NCBI GenBank assembly: GCA_013239625.1
Contig: MU053884.1
Location: forward strand, 62,001-126,000
Source of the DNA: Lama guanicoe
Taxonomy: Eukaryota
Direction of reading: 5' to 3'
Length of the DNA: 64,000 nt
Position numbers and translations under genes: made by a program. A model generated the notes under the pieces. It was not told the DNA's origin, ran no database searches, and was given only the letters and a program-made list of their open reading frames with translations. This document shows positions 39,280 to 53,067 of the stretch, piece by piece (position 1 is the first letter of the stretch; each line of letters starts with the position of its first letter).

Positions 39280-39950
39280 TTCCTGCCCATGCGCAGTCCT
39301 TGCCAGCTGGACCACGGGTTGGAAGCTCCAGCTCCAATCCTGGGATAGGCCCTAAAGGCTTCTCAGCTCTGTCACCCAGTAGGCCTTTGTCTCCTGCCCC
39401 GGGCCAGTGCCTATGGCTGTGAAAGTGCAAGGAGGGGGCTCTCGGGAAAGGGTTAAGGCGGCTGCGGGAAGGCGGTCTGACGGTCACAGACCACGAGGGC
39501 GCGACTCAGCGTGGGTTCAGCTGAATTTCTCGGGCCAGACCCCTCTGCCCGCGCCACCTGCCCCGGCGCCTCGGCCACACCTGTCCAGGGCCAGGAGTGC
39601 ACCTGCCACCTCTCGCCCCAGCCGGGCTCCCCTCAGTCCGCAGCTGGTGTCCCCTTCCCCTCTCCCGCCCACGAGTCCTCTCCTTCCAGGCCTCCTCTCC
39701 TCGGCCGCCGACCCATCCCCGCCACTGGGCGGGCTGTGTCCTGGTCTGGCGGGGTCTGCCGACCCTGAGGAAGGCGGGCAGCTGGGGCTGGGGCTGGCCT
39801 CCAAGCGGGGCTGCAGCCCGCGTCCCCCACCCTGCTTTCCCTGCACAGCGACCCTGGGGCTGCCCTCCTCTCCCTTTCCCGATCCCTGAGGTCCAGCTCA
39901 GCGGCGTGGGCACTGCTCCCTGGGCTGAGAGCCTCTGGCTGTAAAGCCCA
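39280..39950. promoter_or_regulatory. CpG island-like, promoter-like GC-rich region
   Basis: High GC and CpG content with no obvious repeat, lying about 4.2 kb upstream of the TRAPPC9 exon-2 copy. Its origin cannot be assigned from sequence alone. Confidence 0.6.
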
Positions 39951-41074
39951 GCTTTTCCTGTTGGAGTTGGGAAAAAGAAGCGCCAGTGCTGAGCGAACTT
40001 CTGTCTCCTCCCTCAGTGTTTCTGCCCCAGTTAAGTACCTTGAACACTTTCAGGTGGTATGATTGGGGTGCTTGTTGATGTCACGTGTTTTTATACTGAT
40101 AGGGATTACAGTGTTGAAAGCAAGGCTTGGTTCATTTAACAATGAGCTGAAGGCATGAGGCTGTGACATTCTCCATCCTTCCCTCTCCCAGGGTGAAGCG
40201 TGTGACCCTCGATCTTAAAGATAGTTACAATCCCTGACTAGTCCAGCCCAGCTAGTGTGTGTTAAAAGAAACAGCACCACCAGAGGCGTTGGAGACCCAG
40301 GGACATAGCAGTCCTAAAGAGCTCCTGGCAAAATCTGGTTTGTTTTTTTTTTGTTTGTTTGTTTTTCTTAAATTGTGGACAGACTAGTTGTATAGAGGGA
40401 AAAATAATTGTCAGGAAATATTTTTTCATATAACAGCTTTATTGTGATATTGTTCACACACCATGAAGTCCACCCACTTAAATGGTACAATTCAGCAGCT
40501 TTTAGCATATTCACAGTGGTACAACCATTATTATTCCAGAACGTTTTCATCACTTCAGAAAGAGCAGTGGAAATGAATGACCTATCCACCCCTTCCCAGT
40601 GGTGGTTCTAAAGAGGTTTCTTGGCTATTCCTGACCACAAATTAACTTGTTAAATTCCATGAAAGATCTGGTCAGAATTCTAATCAGAATTGCATTGAGT
40701 CTGTCTATCAAAGCAGGAAGAATGAACGTCTTTATGGCATAAACTTCTTCTACCCATGAATATATCTGGGACCCTATCTTTTCATCTGTTCAGAGCCTGG
40801 CCCATGGGAAATCCTCACTAATTTTTGGGCTTGTGAATGATGAGATTCTATACATCATTAGTTGCAACTATAGCCTTTCACAGAAGAGAAAAGTAACCTC
40901 AGTGAAGCCAAGTGACTCTCTGATGATCAGAAAGAGTGACAGCCAGTGCTGCAGTAATCCAGTGGACTTGGTGGTGCTTGCAACCAGAGTTCTCCACCAC
41001 CTACAGCTAAGGGGATAACAGTGATCTTTTACTTTTTTTTAATGGCATTGCTTTTATTTTTACTTATGTTTCAA

Positions 41075-41335
41075 AATTATTTTTTATTGAAGTGTAGTCA
41101 ATTTACAATGTTAGTTTTAGATGTACAGCAGAGATTCAGTTATAAACATATGCATATGTATATAAATATTTTTCAGATTGTTTTTAGTACAACCCATTAC
41201 AAGAACTTGAATAGAGTTCCCTGTGCTATATAGTAGGTCCTTGTCATTTATTTTATGTTTTTTAATGTGTATCTGTTAATCCCCCCTTTCCTTTCTGCTA
41301 ACCACAGTTTGGTTTCTATGTCCTTGAGTCTATTT
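41075..41335 (-). mobile_element. LINE-1 3' end (similar 3'UTR to 7180-8765)
   Basis: ttttttattgaagtgtagtcaatttacaatgttagtttt...gaatagagttccctgtgctatatagtaggtccttg. Confidence 0.8.
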
Positions 41336-43564
41336 CTAGCAGCACCATTTTTGCTAGAAATATATGCTGGTCGGCTGCTTTCAGTTTCAGTAATTCCATC
41401 TTATCTGTGGACGTTTTTCTTCTGGTGGGCCTGTGTGTGGTTTACACACGTGATAATAGAGATCTGTATTTGGGAGAACTCCAGGCCTCATGTAGTCCCT
41501 GGTACGGAGTGCCCACTGAGCTGATGCTTGAACTGGGAAAAAAAACATAGCAAATGCTGGAATTTCCACTAAGGTTGAGACTTCCATGTTTCTATAAACT
41601 GTTTAGCCCACCTTAATTTTGGCTGCACCCATACTGGATAATTTGGTGGAATTTCATGGTAAGATGGTGTAGAGACAGGGCCTTGTATGCTTCTTCTCTT
41701 TCATTTTTCTAACACTCATTCTCCTAGGCCTTCCATATCCTCCCCCAGAAGTGCCCAGGGATGGCTTGGTGCTGCGCTGAGGCAATATTTGTTTATAAGG
41801 CTCTTTCCCCATCTTTTGTGAGCCTCCGTTTCCTTCTTTGCACAATGAGGGCTTAGACTAGATAAGTGCTTTTCAGTTACTTTTAAAGCCATGTTTCCTT
41901 TGAGAAACAGAAATTGCAAATCTCTCCTCCCATCCCAACCGTGTTAGATTTTGACACGTCCTCCAATGAGTGACATAGCTCTTTGTGGAAAATTGATGTG
42001 ATTGTTATTCCAGGTGGCACAGAAAAGACTCTTCAGAGATTTATTGCATGGAGAGGGCAGGAAAGCGGCAGTATGTCACACTTTCTAGTGTGAGTACTGG
42101 AGCAGGGCCTTGGGTTTAAATATGGTGTATTACTGGCCTCTCTCTAATCTTGCACAATGTGATAAACTTCTCTCCAACAGTTTCTTAATGTGTCAAGTTG
42201 GGGTGAGAATATTTTAAGGCTTTTGTGAAACATTATACACATAAGCCATTTGTGTCTCGGTAGCAACAAGACCTGCTAGGGAGTCAGGGATTTCCTAAAA
42301 AAAAAAAAACCTTGTCCGCAGCACTCTGTCTGTGTGTATTTGGAAGTTCCTGAAGGGTGAGGGTTGAGTCTAAAGTCCATCATGGGACAGGTAGCACATG
42401 GGTCTGTATGCCCCAGATTGCCCCCTCCTGCCTAGTTTTCTTCCTCTCAGTCCAGGATGAAGTTCCCTAGTAGATTTACACAGAGGTCTTGTCGAAATGG
42501 CTATTCATTTTATTGTTTCACGAAGGAGGGCTGCTTTCATGATCTCTGTGGCCAGATTTTGGTGACCTGAAGGCTATGCAATTGGGGGTTTCTATTTAAT
42601 AAAAATAAACAGAATTACAAGTACAAAGTTAGACCTAGGGTGGTGGCAAGGGCTCTTGAAATTAGGGACCATTAGCTAGTTTAGCTTCAGGTGCAGTGGC
42701 CTCTGGCCACGAGGACCCATCCTCGTGCTCTGAAGTTGGAGGGACCAGTGGGTTCAGTGAGAATGTTTACTGAGTGTATCTCATAGGCTGGGAATTGTCT
42801 TATTTGTACTGTGTGTTCCTTACTTGAAACAGTGAGCTCATTTAATCTCAATAGGCTCTTTGAAAAATTAGGCTTTTTATTATGAGATATAATATAGATT
42901 CCCATGTAATTGTAAGAGATAATATGGAGAGGGCCTATGGACACTTTGCCCAAATTTCTTTAATGGTTCCATCTTGCAAAGTTGGGGTATAATTCATTAC
43001 TGACTCACTAAAACTTTGAGGTTTGTGTTGTTGCCCTCATTTCTATTAATGATTAAACTGGGGCTTAGAGAAGCACACAGGCCTGCCCAGGTCACCCACA
43101 TGGTTAGTGTAGAGTCGGGTGGAACGTGGGCTTGGGATTTCCAGTCAGTACCAGTATGATGGTCTGTGGCAGGGAGCAAAATTCACTTTGCTTGTTTATT
43201 CATTCATTCAACAAGCATTTATTAAGTAAACTCTGTAGGTCACATGCTTTCATAGAGTTATCTGATTCTTCAGCAGTATGGGGAGTCAGGTAATATTTTC
43301 TTTTTTTTTAATCTGAGAAAATTAGCTCTGAGAGGTTGGAAATCCCCCAAAGGAAATATAGCTCGTAAATGAGGGATAGCAAATTTGTACAGTTCCTTCT
43401 TCTTATGCAGGTGGTACCCTAAGCATTTTACATTTGCAAACTTCTGTAATCCAGATGTATTCTTGTAAGGCAAGGATTTTTTTTTAATTGAAGTATAGTC
43501 AAGGTTGCAATGTTGTGTCAATTGCAAGGTGTTTTTTATTTTTTTGAAGTTTGAATTAAAATAT

Positions 43565-43694
43565 ATTTTTTAAGGGGGGTAATTAGTTTTATTTATTTGT
43601 CTCATTTTTTTAAAATGAGGTACTGAGGATTGAACCAAGGTCTTCGTTCATGCTAAGATTGTGCTCTACCACTGTGAACTGTACCCTCCTCCCC
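43565..43694 (-). mobile_element. tRNA-derived SINE (camelid type)
   Basis: gaggtactgaggattgaaccaagg...catgctaag...gctctaccactg...taccctcctcccc is the reverse complement of the family at 18928. Confidence 0.8.
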
Positions 43695-44122
43695 AAAGCA
43701 AGTTTTCTTATCCATTATTCTGCAGCATATGAGATCAAATAAATTGGAGTTGAAATCGAGATCTTTTGATCCATCTATGGTTCTTTGAATTATATCCTGC
43801 TGAGGGGTGGGGAAGCAGTTCCTTTATTCATTCCTTTATTCAGCAGTTTTGAGCACTGACTTTGCATCAGGGACTGGCTAGGTGCTTGGAAAGAGAAAAC
43901 AAGAAATGACCATTTACTGCATGAGCCAGAAACCAAGACCAAAACCAGTGTAATGTGATCTGAGCTCTGGTAGCCATGTGCAGACACTGAGAACAAACTG
44001 TACCCCCAATTTGTTTGGGCTTCCCCTGCCTTCTGAGTGGTTCACACCAGGTCACCTCAACCCACTGAGGCCCGCAGCCCGCAGCACAGTATATACCTCG
44101 ATCTCCTCTCCCCTCTCATCAG

Positions 44123-44695
44123 GGCCTGCAACATGAGCATCCCTGACTTCGTGCAGTGTGCTGAGGACCACCAGACTCTCCCCGTGGTGGTCCAGCCCGT
44201 AGGGATAATCTCAGAAGAGAACTTCTTTTGCATCTATAATCAAATCTCCTTGGTGAGCCAGATCAGCCCGTGCTGCTCCCAGTGGGCACTCTGTATCCAC
44301 TACAGTCACCACTATGCGCCCGAGAATGGGTGGAGCCACTTCCAGACCCACCGCAAGGCCGTGGGCCTTGTCACCATTACCGACTGCCTCTTGGCCAAGA
44401 CCTTCGAGAAGCTCCGCATGCAGAGGAGCTGTATGGCACCAAGCTCTATGACTCTCAGTTCACTGTCTTTGTGCTTCATGGGGAGGTGGCCGAGCAGCCG
44501 TGCACCGAGGTGGCCTTCAAGTTAAGAGGACTGCAGGGTGGTGGAGAAGAGGATCGAGGATTTCACTGAGTCACTCTTCATCATACTCAAGGCCAAGAAG
44601 CTGGACGGGGCCTCCAACAAGTCTGGGGACAAGATCCCCCTCCTCTGCTTCCTGTTTGAGAAGGAGGACTTCGTGGGACTGGACACAGACAGCAG
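44123..44695 (+). pseudogene. TRAPPC9: TRAPPC9 (NIBP) first coding exon (exon 2), disabled duplicate
   Basis: ctctcatcag|ggcctgcaacATG at 44133, ending GACAGCAG|gtaagt. Translates [35 protein letters not shown]...[16 protein letters not shown]...[24 protein letters not shown]; recalled human [35 protein letters not shown]...[25 protein letters not shown]. Frameshift at about 44424, compensating deletion at about 44518, and TAA at 44523-44525. Confidence 0.95.
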
Positions 44696-44930
44696 GTAAG
44701 TCTACCTTGAGGCCCGGCCACCCTGGCTGTGTGAAGAGTTCCTTCCTTACATCCAGAAAGAGATCAGCAAGGAGGATGGTTGTCTTGTAGCCAAGGTGGG
44801 AAGTAGATGCAGCCCACCGTTTTTCAGACGTTTAAAAGTGAATCTGCCTTTGTTTCAGAGAGATCCTTCTACATTTAGTATGGACACTTTCTCCCCCTTT
44901 ACAGCCAGGACCCTTGGTGGGACCCCTGGA

Positions 44931-45238
44931 GATGCTGTCCAATAGAGTAGCCACAGCCAATGATGCTAGGAGCGCTGGGGAGGAGGCTGGTCTGAGCTGA
45001 GATGTGCTGTAGGACAAATGCACATCAGACGCTGAGACTTGTCTAGTAAAAAGAATGTAAATTATCTTGTTACTTTCTATATTGATTACATGTCAAAATG
45101 ATAGCATTTTACATACAGTAGAATAAGTGAGATCTGTTCTTAAAATCATTTCCTAGTTTTTTTTTTTTAACTTTTTAAATGTGGCAACTGAGAAACTTTC
45201 TTTACATGGCTCTCATTTCATTCCTGTTGGACAGCCTG
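44931..45238. mobile_element. MER3/MER33-like hAT-Charlie element
   Basis: Inverted ends gctgtccaatag (44934) and ctgttggacagc (ending 45235), with internal tttttaaatgtggcaact. Confidence 0.75.
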
Positions 45239-48200
45239 TCCTGGGACAGTCTCATCCCTTTGCTTATAGATGAGATGCTGAATCCCGAGACACAGAACGA
45301 GGCGCTGGTTGAGCTGGGAGTGGAGCCAGTGTCTCCTGCCTCCCAGGCCCAGCACCTGCTCGGCCCAGGCCCTCTCTCCCTACCTGACAGCCACCATGCA
45401 AAGTTAGGACATCAGAAACACCGCCAGGGGTTTCCGAATGCGCTCCTTACACAGGAAAAGGTGTGTCACGGAGTATGGGACAGAGCAGGGAAGATTCGTC
45501 CTCACTTTGACCCTGTGATTAGGTTATCAGCACCACTTTGCTTGAAAGTGCAGACGAGCTCTACTGGGCTGCCAACCCCCTCACCCTCTGCTATGATTCC
45601 CTGTGTAACTATCGAGCTGTCCCTCGGGCAGAAGAGGGTGAGATGCCTTTGCCGAGAGTTGGTCCTCCATTGCTGGGGAGAGTGAGGGAAACTGTGTCCC
45701 CTCTATGGCCTCGGGTCTTGAGTCTGGAGAGCGCTCATGGCGGTCCCACAGGTGATGGTCGGAGGACCTGGCACGTGCTGCTGGGCCTTCTGTGGAGGCG
45801 GTGCTGGGCGATTCTTGAACTTACCTAAGATCAGATCCTACTTTCTGGTTGTTGGTACGTTGGAGGAGAAGATGCCAGTGAATTGATAAAAAGAATGTCC
45901 AGACCAGTCCTGTGAGTGACAGGCACAGGGGACCCGAGTCCCACCTGCGTGTTTTGCCTGGTGGGCTCTGGATGAATTTTCAGTTCCTCCCCGGACATGA
46001 CTCTATGGATTAAGGAAGGGGTGAGGCATGTCGTGGCTATGAGCTGTACTTGTCCTCACAGGGCCCTGTGATCTACACGCCCACGCTCCCCTTCTGCTCC
46101 TTGGAGATGAGGTGACAGGTTTAGTGGACTGAGCAAAGCTGAGGGCACAGCTACCAGCACCGGGCCACTCACAGGCTGGTTCCATTCACCACAACTGTCA
46201 CATCCTGCTGAGTCCCCAGGCGTTAGTCAAGGTAGGTGCATCAGTGCAAGATAAGCAGGGACCAACTTCTCCCCTTGGACAGACTGGTGGGTGAGCAGTG
46301 GAAGCCTTGAGCCCTGCCCCAGGCCCCTGGCCAGTGCCTCCTCTTTTGTCATAGGAGGCACTGGTGACAATTTTGCTCACCAACTGCTTGGCTCTGAGTC
46401 TGCAGACCCATCAGAGAATGCCATCTTGTTTTTGCCTTTTGAAGTCTGTCCTTGGGATTTGGCGGAATAGCTGGATGTGTGCTTAGCCCATAGCGGTTGA
46501 CACTGTCACCATTGTTTACCCAGAACCTCGTGTACCAGGCATGGCTCTCAACATCAAAATACAGCAGCGCATTAAACCTCCCTCCTCGTGGGTCTGTCTG
46601 TTCTGGTACCATAAGGACTCATCCAGCAACTGAACGTCAGTGAGATAACGCGGCCAGTGAGCTTGGGTCAATCACGTTCTCCACCAGTCACTTTTACTCC
46701 ATTGTTGCTTTTACTATTCCACAGTCATTAATTTTTAAAACAATGCTTTGGTCCAGGAGCAGAGCCTAATTCTCTCCTGTTACTCTTGGTGGGAGTGAGT
46801 AAAATTGTCCAGCTTGAGATGCGACCACATTTTGTAGCTCAAAAGCTGTCTACACGCATTTAGGTGATGTTTTGGTTTGGGGAGCTGACCACGTTGGTGT
46901 CACCCGGCAGCGCCAAAGCCCTCAGGCCCCTGCCTTCCCCGGAGAAGGAGGTGAGATTGGGTCTCACCGTCCCCGCATCCCTGTCTTCATCACACTCACG
47001 TAAATTTTTGTAAATGCTGTTAGTTATTTTTGTTCTCTTGTGTTTGTAATTTTCGCTGTTTCTCTTTTCCTTTCTCTATTTTCCTTATTCTCTTGTTCTG
47101 CCCTGTGAGCATGTTGTTGGGTCTGAAAAGGTGGGCTGTGCACACCCTGCATTGGAAATAGGCAGATTGCCCTCCCTGCTGTCTCCATCTCTTTAAAAAA
47201 AAAACAAAACTTAACAGTTGCCTTGATCCATATATTATCCTAGTCATCTTTTTATTTTCTAGGTTTTGGGAATTTTTTCTCTGTTAGCTAATCACCCAGT
47301 GGTGCTTGATACATGTTAATATCCTTGCTTTGGGGAAGCTGTTTGGTCCTCCTTATATTTGGTGGCAAATGCGCCCTTATTAATTTTGTTTATTTGTTTT
47401 GAAGAAGTGAGATGCGAATTGATTTAGATGGCTGCTGAGGGATTTTTTTCATGGAGTATTTAAACTTGGAAATTCAAAATCTGCAGGACCTTGTTTGATT
47501 CTGGCTTTTACACAAACGTGCTCGGCACGCGGTTCCTGGCTATCGCTGTGTGACGTGCGTGAAGGCGCTTCCTTCCCGGCGGTCACTGGTGAGGAAGTGG
47601 GCGGCTCGGGGATGAGCAACTGCAGGGATGTGGTTGCAGGAAGCAGTCACCGGTTTTTTGTTTTTTTTTGTTTTTTGTTTTTTGTTTTTATATTTGCATT
47701 CACCGTCCCTGTGCTATTTACTTTACTTTGCCTTCATAGAGGGGCAGGAGTGGGTTTAAAATCCATGTCACTATTTTGTTCTGTTTACAAGGCTAGTTTT
47801 TCTGAGTATCAGGACAAAATGGCCTTCTCCTAAGTAGCCGGCTCACTTGGATCTGGTGGACACAGGGACTGCTAAAGGGGACCGTAGCTTCCTCTCTGCT
47901 TCAGCCAGTGGGCATTCAGAGCCAGGTCTGTGGTTTGCCTCAGCATCCATGCAGGCCTCCCTGCACCAGCCTTTACTTTTAACCCATGTTGGCAGTAAAT
48001 AACTTACTCCGTGTCTGTGCAGCTGACGTCCACCACTGACAGCCGTGTCGTTAGTTTCCAGTAGTGAGTCTCCAACACCCCAGTCAACTGTGAAGGGACT
48101 TTGCATTCTCACCAACTCCCTGGTTCATCTCACCCAGGGGAAGGGTTTCGCCACCACCGTCATGCTGGCCATGAGACCTGTTTCTCTTTTCATGCTCTGG

Positions 48201-51200
48201 TCCAAATGTGGACACTACATCCTTCACTGACTTGGTCTTTCTTGAGACAGGCCAGACTCTCTGAAAGAGTCCATCACATTCTAGGGGGGAACAGAACAGA
48301 AGTAAGTGTTGCAAGTAGGAGTCTAGGCTATCCGGGTTGGCAAATGCAGCCTGGGATCTGTGATGGCTGGTCTGTACCCTGGGCACAGTCCTTTCCCATG
48401 GCTCCCGAGAGCCTAGGGGTCGGAGTGAGAACAGCCTTGCGTGGGTTCTCTCATCCTCATCTGCTCACTGGCAGGTGTGTCAGCTAACTAGGAGCTCCCC
48501 CAGATCTTGGGCCCTTCAAAATTCAGACCACAGGAGAAACTTGAGTCCCTTATTCTGATCCTCCTTTGTGAGAATCCAGTGCCTTCTGAGGTGACCATCA
48601 GCAGGAGATGCCTCCCCCTCTAGGGAGCTCCCTTTGAAGGACTGTGACTCACTGTACCTTGCTGTGAGATTGTCGGGTTCTGTCCTTGGTCCCTGCAGAA
48701 CCAGACTTGAGACAGGCTTAGAGATAGAAATGACAAGACTGATTTCAGGTCAGGGCCGGGGGGAGGGAACAGGGGAAATTGAATGTGAACGCAAACACCT
48801 AGGTGGGTCCTGGGGCTATTATTAAAATGGGGATCCTGAGAGGTACTTGCCAGGAATCGAAGTCTAGATTAAATGGGGACATGAGGCATTTTTAAGATGC
48901 CATTTGTCATCCAAGTTAGGACTTCAAAGAGGCACTCGGGGCTATGAGACTGGGGCTCAGGTGAAGGAACCGGACTAGAGATACACATTGGGAGTCGTCA
49001 CTCTTAGCTGGTGTTCACAGCCATGCAGGTGGATGAGCTCATCTCGAGAGGTGCAGACTGAGGCTGGGGGGGCAGGGCTGTGCCTGGGTTGGAGGAAAGC
49101 TCAGACCATGCAGCTTTGGTGTGTCAGTCTGCGGCATTTGGGATTTTCAGAGCAATGGTATTTATCCTTAAGGGTCTGTGGGTTGGGCAGTGCCACCCAA
49201 GAAGAAATCTTAAGGGAGGCTTGTGGCCACGTGTGCACGTCTTGGGATGATGCAGAGGCTGCAGGTTCCGGGAGGGGAACTTCCTCAGAAGCTGAAGTCG
49301 GAGTGAGGAATGGGGATAAAGTAGTCACACTCATCTGTGAGGAAGGGAGGGAGGCCTAGGGAGTCCCCAACCTAGAGGACTCTCTTTCCCACGAACAAAA
49401 AGCAATCAGACAGATTTGAAGTGAGAAGGGACGGGAGCTGGGAGGGGAGCCAACCTGGAGAATGGTGCTTGCACAGTTCTGGAATAGTCTCCCTGCAAAA
49501 TAGAATTTAAAAAGCCCAGAGTCTTAAGAACATTGATAGTGACTGGGGAGGAAATAGTTGTTTTTCTGGCCTCCTAAGGGTAAGGCTTGTATCTGGGGAC
49601 ACACAGAAGTATCGGGCAGTCGGTTCCGGGGGTTTGACCCTTACCAGGGGGAACAGTGCACGTTTAAAGGGGGAAAAGAGAAGTGGAGGGAAACTAGCCA
49701 GGCCCCGGGTCAGGTACCAGTCGGCCACCCTACTTGCATGTTTCATTCACACCCATGCCTCCCAGGTGGGCGGCTGCAGCCCCCTTTTGCAGATTGCGAA
49801 GCCTTCTCAGAGGGTTTAAGGAATTGGTCCGTTTAGCGGCTAGTAAATGCTGTAGCAGGATTCAAGCAGGGCCTTGTCAGACTTCAAGGGCATGTTCTCT
49901 CTACTAATTCTGGTACCTCCCTGTTTTACCTGGAATGGTGAAGTGGGTCAGTTTTGGATCCTTTCAGAAAAAGTACGATTTAAGTGCCTCAGGACTGTTT
50001 CACAAAGCTCAGTGTTCTTTGACGGTTTGGAAGCACCGCTGTGCTTTACACTCCACAGATGTAAAGTCTTACTCCTTTGACGATGACATGGTTGCAAATG
50101 ATGTACAGTTGCAAAACCAGACTTAGCAGATTCTGAAGGGAAACTCTCCAGTTCTCCCTTGATCGGCTTTCTTCCACGCGATGTAACTGTGCTACAGCAT
50201 AGGCCTGAGCTTTCCGTATGGAGAGAGGGTTTGATATCAAAAGTTAGCATAGAACAGACAGATGGAGAAAATCGACATTGACAATTTATTTTTGGGTTTC
50301 ATTAGACAAGATGCAGTATCGCTTAATGGCCCATATAACGTATGAAATTGAGTACAAAACATTGCATTTCTTACTTTCTACTGAGAGCTGTCTTCCAACG
50401 TAAGGTTGTCTGCTTTGAAAATTCAGCTCAGCCACTAGGGAGCCTGTCAGTGTGTTGGTGTGTTTGTATTTACACAGTGCATGTAATCTGGGCTTCCTCA
50501 GCCCCAAACACTCCAGTGCAGAATCATAGGCTGTAGCCATCACTTAGTTATACAAATATTTCTACAATTATATGGTACCAAAAAAAATAGAGAGAGATTG
50601 CCTTTATCAAAGTTCCTTTGGATTTTAACTGCAAACTGTTGTTGAGCAGCTCTGGTTTCCTTTGGATATGAATATATACATTTCTTTGCATGTAACTTGG
50701 ATTTAGACTAGAACACCAAGCTCTTGCTTTCCATGAGACACAAAAATCATAGCCAAATGACACATGTATGAAACACTTTATTATTTTTTTCTGAAAGAGA
50801 ATCCTTGAATTTGGGACTTGGGCTGTGATTTTGCTTTTTGCTCTTCCCACCCCTCTTGTCATCTCACTCCTTTTTCCCATGTGGCCTCCAAGAGTTCATG
50901 GTCTCAAACGAGCAGGTGGACAAACACCAGTTAGTCTCCAAGCAGTGCTGCTGTAGAGGGAGTCCATCCAAGAGCTAAAGGACATCATCAGAGAAGATTC
51001 CCTGGAAGAAATGTGCTCTACATTCAGTTCTGAGGACAGAGTAAGAATCATCCAGGAGAAGGAATCAAGAGGGTGACTCAGGTGGTAGGAGCAGCCCGGG
51101 TAGATGCCTGGAGGCTTGTGGGGTGGGGGCTCGGGGAGAGTGCCTTGTGTGGTCCAGGGTGGAGGGTGCCCCTGCTGTGGAGGACACTGGAGAGGGCCTA

Positions 51201-52849
51201 GGGGTGGAGGGCTTTGGAGGATCTTGGTTTCTATTAGAACTGACACAGAGGAGGCACTGAAGTGTGTCAGCAGGAAGTGACCCTCAGGAGAGTTACTCCT
51301 GGTTTTGCTTCTGATGTTCTACAGAAAGAAGGGGTCAGGATGGGCGAGAGCAGCTCTGCCTGTCCCTTTGAGATGCACCCCTTCATTTATCCATAACACA
51401 CGCAATTCTGAGTGTCTAGGCGAGAGAGGTTGGACCCACAGTAGTAAGCAAAATGTACTTGTTTCTTGAGAGCTTAGCAGTGTCAGAAGTTCACTTGGCG
51501 TAGAAGGTTCTAGGAACACAGCAGGGACACCTAACTCAAAGTGCGGACGTTGGAGGGAAGGAATGCTTCCTTGACAAAAAGTCAAAATGAGCCTGGAGGC
51601 AAGTGGGAAGTAGTAGCAGGTCAGGGGGCCCCTGAGGTCACTGCGGACCTGGGTACTGAGGTGAAGCTGGGCGAGCAGTGTCGGGGGTGAGGCTAGAACT
51701 CTACCAGGGAGTCTCTGAAGGGTTTGAAGGGGTGATGTAATCAAATTTGTGGCTTGGGAAGGCTGCCCTGGCTCTGTGTGTGTGTTTGTGTGCGTACGCG
51801 TGCGTGCACGTGGGTGTGTGTAGCGGGGAAGAGGGGGAGGATGTCACTAACTGGGGGGTCATTAGAAGACCATTCACAGGCTGGGAGGTGACCAGTGGGA
51901 GAGGGGCGTCGGGGCTGCTTGGGGACGGCAGGTGCAATGTGAATGCCAGATATCCTTATAGGGAGAGCTTGTTAGTGGTATCGTTCTAGAGGCACCTTGT
52001 GGCTGGAAGAAAACAGATGGAGGCAGGGAGGTGTACTTTCCTCTTCTATCCTTCCCTGCCTTGTGTGATAATCTTAGCTCAGCCAACATATGGAACAGAA
52101 GAGCTAAGTTCCACGGTAGCCCAGGACTTTGTTGAGCTTGTTCGAGTCAGATCTGATAGGATTTAGGCTTGTGTTGAGATCTGCATGTTCAATTAGCTAG
52201 AAATGTCCCGGCATTTGGATTTCCATAGGGATATTTATTCTTGATAAAGATTGCTTTCTTGGTGAGAGGAAATTTAATACAGCTGCTGTCTTTCTCAAAA
52301 AAAACTTATATTTTAAGAAATTTAATATTCAAAAGAATAGGAATATTTAAAAATAATAAATTAAGGCTTTGGTGTCGTATCTTTGGTTTCTGAGTTAATG
52401 TGGAGTTAGAGCCTTTTCATTACTTAATAGCACACCCTTGTCAGTATTTAAAGCGCTGTTAGTGAGCTCCCCAGTCCGCACTTCTCAAATCATCATTAAA
52501 GCTTACTCTGAAATAGTGACATCATAAATTTCTTGTTTGCAGAAGCCAAACAGTTGGTTTATAATCTGCAGCATAGCTCCCTGTATAAAATAATAATAAG
52601 TTCAAAATTAAGAAAGTGGAAGATAATTGATTTTTTTAAAGCTGAAGCATAAACTTCTTGTGCTAATGTTGCAACTGGAAATTTTGAAACAAAAAATTCT
52701 ACTCTAATATCACCTTCGTGAAATACATATATGTCTATAACATTTGAAATGTAACTGCGCAGTGGTTTTTGAAGTCAGGAATATTCCAGCTGAGATACTG
52801 GCAGTGATGGTTGCTGGTTTTCAAAGGAAGAGTCTAAATTTGCCGTCTT

Positions 52850-52955
52850 AGCTTTTTACTTTTCTTTTCTTTACTTTTCTTTTTTTTCCCTCTCTCTCTT
52901 TTTTTTTTTTTTTTTTTTTTTTTCCCTCTCTCTCTTTTTTTTTTTTTTTTTGTAG
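52850..52955 (+). repeat. Long polypyrimidine/poly(T) tract with a 36-bp internal duplication, ending in TAG
   Basis: ccctctctctc occurs at 52888 and 52924, each followed by a T run; the tract ends ttttgtag at 52955. Confidence 0.9.
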
Positions 52956-53067
52956 TGAGAGGGTTGGGTAGTGCTTTGCCAGCATGATTTTGGAGCAATT
53001 TGGGGGCAGATATCGTGCACCAGCAGTGAGATATTTCCATGCATTTTACATTCCGGGCATCACCAGA

